From Macrostomum lignano (Eukaryota), in NCBI GenBank assembly GCA_002269645.1, contig NIVC01000438.1:535379-599378 (forward strand): a stretch of DNA of 64,000 nucleotides, in the 5' to 3' direction. The notes under the pieces were generated by a model. That model was not told where the DNA came from and made no database searches. It saw only the letters and a program-made list of their open reading frames with translations. Positions 56,001 to 64,000 of the stretch are shown in pieces. Position 1 is the first letter of the stretch. Every line of letters starts with the position of its first letter. Position numbers and translations under genes: made by a program.

Positions 56001-59000
56001 CCAGCGTGGCAGATGGCAGGCTGCCGCTAGACTCAGTGTCGTAGTGCTGGGCGGCCTCTTTAAGCCGATTGAACAACTCAAAATTGTGCTTACGCAGATG
56101 GGCCTGCACTGAGCCAAGCAGGACGATCGCGTCCACTTCCTCTGGCGGGCTGCGGGTTTCAAATACGTTTGGTTGGTTTTAGCCTAGTGGCCAGAGCTTC
56201 GGACTCACGACTCGAAGGTCGGAGGTTCGATTCCCGACTCCACTGGAACAATTAGTGTCCTTTAGAAAGACATTTTAATCTGCATAGCAAGATCTGGTAC
56301 CCAAGATGTAAAATGGGTGCCAGCATTAGCTGGAGTAATTGATGGTGTGTGGCGACCCTCCAGTCCTTGGATTGAACAGCCGTACGCAGCCTTTAGATTC
56401 GCTGCGGCTGAGCTGTCGGTTGCACATCTAGCCCAATCAGGGCAGGTGTAATTAATTATTACTATTACTATTATTGCATGCATGTTGGTTAAGTTATAAT
56501 TAACTGCGTGGTCAGGTATTTAAGGGTGGTGAAATTCCATCGTGGATTGACTGATAAGACAGCAATTAAGTTACGTTTAGGGTACACAGGTCTATTTTAT
56601 TTAAGTGTAGGTGCATTCTAATTAACGAGCAGTGTACAGTCTTAATGAGCCCGTTCCATAAAGAAAGCCATCGTAAGATAAGATCGTTCTTATCTCCTAT
56701 CTCTGCAGTGTAAAAAATCCGACGTACGTTCGAACATTGTACAGTGCCAGTTAAATTAATCAATTAGTCAATCCATCACTGAAATACGATAAGATAAAGA
56801 TGATCAACTTACTGGTAGCCATAGAATCGAGCCACAGTGATGAGCTCGTGCTCAACAAAATTTCCACACTTGGCCAGCTTGTCAAGCACGCAGCGGAAGT
56901 CCTGGTAAGACACCCGCTTCGAATCGTTGGGATCTTTGGCGGCGAAGGCCGACTGCAGCTCCTGGCAGTGGCCCTGTGCGGCGCGGCGCAGCTTCTCCAT
57001 GACCCGGTTGACGTTCGCTACGAGGAACTGGAGGAGAGGGTTGAGCAAGCTTGAGAAAGTGCGTACGTATCTTGAGCACGTACATACGCAGGCACGCTGG
57101 GTGTACAGCTGCCTGACTGTCTCAAGTCATCGCGTTAACATCTTATTGTTAAGTCAGCACCCATCGATTCCTTATTAGTAAAAACGTTTTGAGAACTTAA
57201 AAGTACAGTTCAGCTCAGGAATTTATACGACGAATTCAAATATTCAATCTCCGGATATATTTACAGACAAATTTCCATTTCAAATTGTTCTCATTTGAAT
57301 TCGCGCCAAAAATCCGGAAATTCACTGTAGCGATAAAGTAAGTAAAAAAGAGGCAAACAGAGTGACACTGGTTTGCTATTTAAAAAAAAACAGCAAGAAC
57401 TCACATAGTCAGGGTTGGACTCCATGTACTTGTAGGCGTACTCGTCGGCGTCGAGAATCTCCATCTTGAACTTGTTGATCTCCAGCACGGCGCCAACGTA
57501 GAAGTCGTAGGCCTGGTAATACTCGGGCGCCTTCGTGCTGAAACGCTCGTGGCCCGGCTTGGGCAATTTGATTCTTTCCAGAAATTTGCCACCCTGAAAG
57601 CCGGAGTTCCGCTGCGGCGGTTCAAACACCAGAATGCTGTCGTCGCTCAGAAAGAAGTTCACAATGAACCGACGATCCTTGTCGATGGCTTTGTCAGTTA
57701 CTAGGCGGGCTAGGAAACGGAGAACATTCGACTCGAGGCCCTTCTTGTCCTTGTCGATGAGCTGGACAATGTTCTTGCGCGGCGGCGCAGGGATCAGGCC
57801 CTTGGTGTTGGCCATGGAGTCCTCCTCGGAGCCGAAACCGTTGTAGGGAGCTCCGCTGTCTGCAAGGGGACAAATTAGAATTTTCTGAATTCAAGCTGTT
57901 TATCAGTGGAACAAAATAGCTGCGCAATAAAAACGGCATATTTAGTAACTACTTACCACCAGAGGCGCAAGCGCCGCCAGTGGGCTTCTTGCAGGTCACC
58001 GGGTGGAACTCGGCTGCAGGAAAAGTTGCGATGTTAAATTAAATAAGCTCTGATTGGTTGGCGCCCCTGTCCTCGACTGACGAATGTACATTCATTCTAG
58101 GCTTTAGCAAACTCTACCCCGATCATCCTGCCTCTGATTGGTTGGAGCCTCTCTCCTGACTGGCGAATGTACATTCATTCTAGGTTTTAGAAAACTCTAC
58201 CCCGATCATCCTGCCTCTGATTGGTTGGAGCCTCTCTCCTGACTGGCGAATGTACATTCATTCTAGGCTTTAGCAAAGTCTACCCCGATCATCCTGCCTC
58301 TGATTGGTTGGAGCCTCTCTCCTGACTGGCGAATGTACATTCATTCTAGGCTTTAGCAAAGTCTACCCCGATCATCCTGCCTCTGATTGGTTGGAGCCTC
58401 TCTCCTGACTGGCGAATGTACATTCATTCTAGGCTTTAGCAAACTCTACCCCGATCATCCTGCCTCTGATTGGTTGGAGCCTCTCCTGACTGGCGAATGT
58501 ACATTCATTCTAGGCTTTAGCAAAGTCTACCCCGATCATCCTGCCTCTGATTGGTTGGAGCCTCTCTCCTGACTGGCGAATGTACATTCATTCTAGGCTT
58601 TAGCAAACTCTACCCCGATCATCCTGCCTCTGATTGGTTGGAGCCTCTCTCCTGACTGGCGAATGTAAATTCATTCTAGGCTTTAGCAAACTCTACCCCC
58701 GATGGTCAATAGTAGCACTCACTGATTCCGTATTTAGTCGAGTAATATTCCCGGGTGAATTCGTCGCAGTCGCACAGAAGGAATTTGCGACCGAAAACGT
58801 TGATGCAGCTGCCGACGGTCAGGTCTTTGTCGGTGTAGAATTCCACCTTAACTGTGCCAGTCTGTGTGCGGTGGAGTGAAATGTGGGACCACGAGGTTGT
58901 GAATTGTAAGGTTGAACATCGCAAACAAGATGAAACTTATTGAGTCGTAAGTACATGTATCGTACTGATAAGATCAGAGTCGTACTGAAAATCAAACTTA

Positions 59001-61133
59001 AAAAAATTCTTTACTATTGAGAATCAAGCTGTTAAGAATCTCATACTTGAGAATCAAGCTTCTAAGAATCTCATACTTGAGAACAAAGCTTCTAAGAGTC
59101 TTATACTGCAAACCAGCAGACCTTGAGGTTGTCCAGGATGTACCGCCCACCCTGGATCTCGCCGAACACATTCAGCACAGTGCGATCGCAGAGCTCTCCT
59201 GGCTGACGTAGATCCTCCACATTCTTCGGCAACGGCTGACGACGCAGGAAGCAGGGCGCCGCGTCCCGGCCGCTGTTGGCCTTGACAACCTCGCGAATTT
59301 CGACCGTGTCGTCGGACAGGAAGTAGTGCAGCACCATCTCGCGATTTTCGCCGTAGAGCGAGTCGGTGTCGTCCCAGCAACAGAAGAAACGAAGCACGTG
59401 ACGATCGTGATCCAGGAATTGGCGCAACGTGTCGTGGCGCTCGTAGGGGCGCAGCGGCTGCATAGACTCATCGAGCTGACAAGGGAAGTTGAAGTGAAAT
59501 GCTAAATACGGTTGTTTTACTTAGGGAAGTCTGCAGTGACTAACTAATTAACTAACTAACTAACTAACTAACTAACAAACAACTAACTAACAAACTAACT
59601 GACAAACAACTAACTAACAAACTAACTGACAACTAACTAGGGGAAAACTCTATATAATAAGAATTACAGCTTTGCGATGATCGGCATAAGGATCGCCTGG
59701 CTGAGTCTCCGGTAGGCCAATACGAACGCCAAGTTTTCGCAAGAAGTTCTCCGTAAACTGGTCGCAGCCGGTAATGCGGAAGGTCTTGCCGTAGAAAGTG
59801 ATGTTCTGCCCGACGTTGAAGTCTTCCACGGTGAAGAAGCGATTGTCGTTGGGCGCCGGCTTCGGGATCCGATGGCGACGGACCAGCGTGCCCTGCGGCA
59901 GGCCGCTGTTCTTCAGGCGGGCCTCGATCACCTGAAGAAGGCGGAGGTGAAGATCTACTGAAGAAGGCTTTAAAATAAGAAATATGTCATTATAATGTTG
60001 TTAGCAGTGATCTACTGATTAGTTAGGGAGGGAGTTATCAATGACCTAATGAATGCATTCATACCTGAATGGAGTCGTCCTCCAGGTAGAAGTAGATCTT
60101 GCAGTGGCGCACCCTGCACTGCTCTTCACGCCGCTCCTGCACGCTCTCCTGGAAATAGGCATCGAAGGACAGCACCTGCTTGTCGAAGGCCACCCAAGCG
60201 GGTGAGCGGCTGCCTTCTCCTGGTGGAATTTTGCTGTTCGGCGGATCGACGCGCTGCCCCGGGAGGGGGTCGCCGCCGATGCCCGGCTTGTTGTCGCCAA
60301 ACAAGAACGGAGTCTCATTCTTGTGGTCGAAGTAGTGGCTCTTGTGGTATTTGTCCTTACCCAACTGTGGGATGGAATGGCAATTGTTTATTATTATATT
60401 AAAAGATAAAAAATAGAAAACATACATTGTTCTACAATCCGATTTCATAGATTATACGAGATCTGCTAGAAAGAAATTCCATGATATTCAAACACTATAA
60501 CAATTCATTTTATTCTGAAACTACTCATGATAATTAAAGGTAAAGTAAACTTTTGAATAGAGAAGTTTTTTCATAAGTTTTTAAAAAATTATTTTAAAAA
60601 GTTCTCTGTTCAGTCTATATTTGTATCTTAGATTTTTTCATTTTAAAAATTTAAAATTAATAAACAAAAACATAAACACTAAATGAATGCAGCACATGTA
60701 GCTAAAGTAACACTAGATAGCTTCTTATAACATTGCAAAGTAAAAATATGCAGGTTTGGTCTGCGTTTTGTTTTGTTGTTAAACGAGTTGGGTTGAAATG
60801 CACTGTGTTTTAAGGCATATTTTTAATTTTTTAATATAAAGTTGCCAAATTTTTTTCAGAGTTTAAATTTTTTAAGTCATTTAAAAAATTGATGGAATAA
60901 TTTTTAGCTAGTGATTTTCACTGTCTCGTTCAATTTGAACTATTTCCTGAATCGTATGCCAAAGGTTTTCTTCTAATTTCGTTAATAAGCAAAGTTGATA
61001 CAGCTGTGCATGTAAACTGTAAACGAAAAGTTTGTTCCATCGAGGCATAGATATAAAATTATGAAAATTAGCTATGAAAATTCGTACTTACATTCTTGTT
61101 GAAGGAGTTTCCTGGCAGAAATGGGAGCGCCAT
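53055..61133 (-). CDS. EFHC2: EF-hand domain-containing family member C2 (three DM10 domains; ciliary microtubule inner protein)
   Basis: Phase-consistent exons 61133-61092 (MALPFLPGNSFNKN), 60364-60065, 59931-59668, 59475-59122, 58861-58723, 58013-57957, 57859-57405, 57027-56813, 56149-55937, 53277-53055. DM10 motifs include WVAFDKQVLSFDAYF, IYFYLEDDSIQV, LHYFLSDDTVEIRE and FFLSDDSILVFEP. Confidence 0.95.
53525..53730 (+). repeat. 43-bp tandem repeat (~4.5 copies)
   Basis: TGCGACGCGGGACAGAGCGAGCC recurs at 43-bp spacing (53541, 53584, 53627). Confidence 0.9.
53798..54542 (-). mobile_element. hAT-derived non-autonomous element with a remnant dimerisation domain, in the last EFHC2 intron
   Basis: TIRs TAGGGATGTCGA / TCGACATCCCTA. 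Flanks CCGGGCTCG / CCGGGCTG (TSD with a 1-nt indel). Subterminal CCCCGGGG motifs. Minus-strand PPTSVAAEHAFSASG resembles hAT P.TS...ERAFS..G. Confidence 0.85.
55550..55810 (+). repeat. 15-bp minisatellite GGTGCTAAAGCCCCT
   Basis: About 17 copies. Confidence 0.95.
56171..56478 (+). mobile_element. tRNA-derived SINE, antisense in an EFHC2 intron
   Basis: A box TAGCCTAGTGG (56180-90) and B box GGTTCGATTCC (56224-34). The central GTGTCC...AAGACA...TGTAAAATGGGTGCC resembles conserved SINE core domains. (ATT/ACT)n tail. Confidence 0.8.
58050..58700 (+). repeat. 83-bp minisatellite (~7.5 copies) filling an EFHC2 intron
   Basis: Units start near 58156, 58239, 58322, 58405 and onward; each contains CTGATTGGTT. 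Confidence 0.95.
59540..59640 (+). repeat. (ACTA)n microsatellite
   Basis: Direct observation. Confidence 0.9.
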
Positions 61134-62189
61134 TATGATTGCCTAGTCGGTATTGCTGACAAGATTAACAATGTCCAGTAACGGCAAAAATCTGTGGGTG
61201 AAAATTAGTTTAAAAATTCCATAGTTAGTCGTGGATACAAGGTTTATAAAGAAACTCACCAGCAGTTTTTATTAAATTGCTTTATTCTTTTGCTGTCATG
61301 TTCTTTCAAAGAGGCAACAGCCTATTAGTATAAAAAAAGATAAATAAATATTATTCGCTTTGTTTTAGTAAATAAATGACGGAAGTTTTTTAAAACCTAT
61401 CCTTTATTGATTTTTAGCCTTTAATATTTTATCGTTCATAACAAGCAAGAGAACATATACTGTAGGTTAGTATGAAAAATACCGCTTCAAGTGAGCTCAC
61501 TGAAAACGCATCGAAACAGTTAATTGAAAGACTTATTAAAAGTCATTATACCATGAAAGAACCCACGTTTTGTATTCTGCTTGATTTTGCAATTGCGCTA
61601 TAACCATAAATAATCATTTCTAGCACTTTGATTTAATGTACTTGTACTTGCGCGCTTCTGTTGCATTACAAATATGCATACGCAGCACGGTCTTGAGTGT
61701 TATGTACAGTTGCAACTATGTTATGTCACGTTCGTGGTCTATTTTGATAAAGCGCTAAGCCCCATTCCGTAGTTTCAAAATTGGTTTCATTATTTAGGAA
61801 AATAAAGACAGTTACATGTACGAGTACATATAGAAGTGTTGCGCAGGTACGGAATTTTTTTACCACTCTCAAGTCTTTTAGTTAGAAAGAAGATTAAAGG
61901 ATTCAAGTTCACTCGCCATCTACAAATACCGTACGCTCGTGCATAATATGTTGATACACATATACAGTACACATGCGTGAGAGATCCAATTAATTGATTA
62001 CACGAAAAGTAGACGAAATAAATTAAGAAAAAAATCGCAATCAAAGAAATGGCCAGCACATAGTGTACATATCTAATATGTATACAATTCAAGATTTAAA
62101 CAATCGATATATTTATGACAGAAACATAAAGAACAAATTCTGGATACCAAAAAAGTTATTTCAATTTTTTCATCAGCTTGTGAGCAACT

Positions 62190-62384
62190 CTACTGGTGCT
62201 TTTGAGGACGACAATTAGCGATTTCGTCGCGCCGACGAACTATTCGATCAATCAGGTTCGTTGTCGAAATGCTGTCGGTTCGTTTCGTTTCCAGGAACAT
62301 TCCGGCCCGTTTGGCCCACTCGTAGGTCTCTTCAGGTGGCAGGCATGAGATGTACGGGATGGCGTCGTGAGCCACGAAGTCGAT
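62190..62384 (-). CDS. PCYT1: Terminal coding exon of a choline-phosphate cytidylyltransferase (CCT/PCYT1)-like gene; upstream exons not found in the window
   Basis: ttttcag|IDFVAHDAIPY...GMFLETKRTDSISTTNLIDRIV matches the CCT catalytic C-terminus (IDFVAHDDIPY...GMF..TQRTEGISTSDIITRIV). Stop codon at 62190. Confidence 0.8.
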   Translation of the reverse strand: MDFVAHDAIPYISCLPPEETYEWAKRAGMFLETKRTDSISTTNLIDRIVRRRDEIANCRPQKHQ

Positions 62385-62454
62385 CTGAAAAATGTACGAG
62401 CGCATTTATCTATGATCTAGACCCTTGAAGGCGGCTGCGTGATATTCTCGCTCT

Positions 62455-62790
62455 GGAGAATTAGGGGGATTCTCTTCAGAGGACTAGGGGATTCTTTTCA
62501 GGGATTAGAGAAATTCACCTCAGGGGATTAGGGGGATTCTCTTCGCAGGATTAGGAGGCTAATTCTCTTAAAGTGGTTAGAGAAATTATCTTCAGGGTAT
62601 TAGGGGAATTCTCTTCAGGAGATGAGGGGAATTCTCTTCGGGGATTAGGGGGATTAGAGGGGATTATTTTCAGATTATTAGGGAAATTCTATTCGGGGAT
62701 TAAGGGATTCTCTTCGGGGATAAGAGAATTTTTTGGGGGATTAAGGGGATTCTCCTAGGGAATTAGGGGGATTCTCTTCAGATGATTAGG
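62455..62790 (+). repeat. Degenerate ~21-bp repeat (GGATTAGGGGGATTCTCTTCA)
   Basis: About 14 degenerate copies. Confidence 0.85.
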
Positions 62791-64000
62791 GGCTTGTGGG
62801 GGTTTGACTTTTGTAGCGGCAGGATCGGACGGGCCGAAATAATGTTTGTACAGAGTTTGGGCAAGGAGGTAGAAAGAAGGGACGCGACACCCCGAACCAT
62901 GTACATCTAGTGTAGATTGACCAACTTAAAAGATTTCTCTCCTCTTGCCCCTTATGGTCTGATCTAAAAATAGAACTGGCCTAAGTGCTGCTGCAACAAA
63001 GGGGGTCTGGGAAAAGGTCCAACTGCTAATAAACAATCTAAACAGAGTTGCCCATCCTTCAGGCCTACAGTGTCACCAAAACAACCTGACCTAAGCTGCT
63101 TATCAGAAATCATAGTAGGGAATAGGCAGGAACTTTCAGATCGAAATTTGAAAAGTCTGCCTTGCCTCCCTTCCCCAAGAGATAGCGTCAACCAAACAAA
63201 CTTGTGTTCCCCTCAACTACACCCGTTCTATACTGTACTGGTCTGCAGTCCCCTAGTAAAACGCACTGGAGAGTTTTGCTGATTAAGCGGACTTAACAAT
63301 CGTAAACGTAATTAATGCGACTATTATAGCACAAATTTTTACGATATTAGATATTTAGATAGATAGAACGCCCAGTTGCGAGTTGCGACGCAATAAAACC
63401 CTGCTGCGGTAGTAGACACATTCAATCAGTTTTTACTTCACAAGTATACGTAATCGTAAGTCGTAATGGTAATGCAAGCAAAGGTTCAAGTTGGTTTGAT
63501 CAACCATTAAAATAGCAAGGATGAGTCATACCTATATCTATCCATCTATCTTGAGTCTACCGACTGTAGATTCCGTAGACCGGTATGTATGTATGATGAA
63601 ACACATGTTAATATACCGGATTTAAGCAGCCAAAGAGCATCACAAGACCCCAATCGATAGCCACAACTAAAACATAGAAAAAAAGAAAAATATCCATTTC
63701 TCTTGTCTTTTGTCGAAACAAAAAATAACATTTTATTTAGGTTACACATATCTCGACTGCATCAAAAGATGCAGGGCAAATTTTAAAATAACTTTTAACA
63801 TACACAAATCAAGTTCTATATCGTACTTAGCGGTAGTTTTAGTCAGAAATATTAAGTTAATTCTATGTATTTAGATATTCTCTCGGCAAACTGCTACTCA
63901 CAGACTAGTAGTGTAGTAAGCAATGCGCAGTTAAAATATAACAAACGTCTTAAAGAACTTTATTTTTATTGTGTAATCGGCTGTGTAAATTAAATACAGG

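Noticed and set aside
56171-56245. Functional tRNA gene
   Set aside because: A and B boxes are present, but the acceptor and anticodon stems pair poorly and it continues into a SINE body and tail.
61170-61195. RFX X-box upstream of the ciliary gene EFHC2
   Set aside because: Only the AGTAAC half-site fits; the other half has two mismatches.

Overview
This is eukaryotic (animal) genomic DNA. It has AT-rich introns packed with private mini- and microsatellites and GC-rich exons with poly-Ala/Gln/Ser runs. That style suggests a spiralian, probably a Macrostomum-like flatworm, but this is inference only. I reconstructed six genes exon by exon from GT-AG sites and reading phase: (1) a signal-peptide protein with divergent discoidin/F5-8 type C-like segments (-, runs off the left edge); (2) RERE/atrophin (+); (3) ATF6 (+); (4) the PKA catalytic subunit (-); (5) EFHC2 (-); (6) the terminal exon of a PCYT1/CCT-like gene (-). 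Mobile DNA includes four hAT derivatives with 8-bp TSDs, a nested PIF/Harbinger MITE, a Tc1/IS630-type deletion derivative, an inverted pair of foldback elements, a tRNA-derived SINE, and a LOA/R1-group non-LTR element truncated at its 3' end inside a minisatellite. The most notable signal is in the PKA-C locus. It has a duplicated, frame-enforced mutually exclusive exon pair covering the catalytic loop, plus at least four candidate alternative first exons, none with the MG myristoylation start. Several intronic minisatellites are homotypic arrays of TF-like motifs (AP-1 in the ATF6 intron, CCAAT/NF-Y) or splice-like motifs. No CRISPR array or prokaryotic system is present. Most long ORFs in the supplied track are artefacts of tandem repeats. 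All coordinates were counted by hand, and repeat boundaries are approximate.
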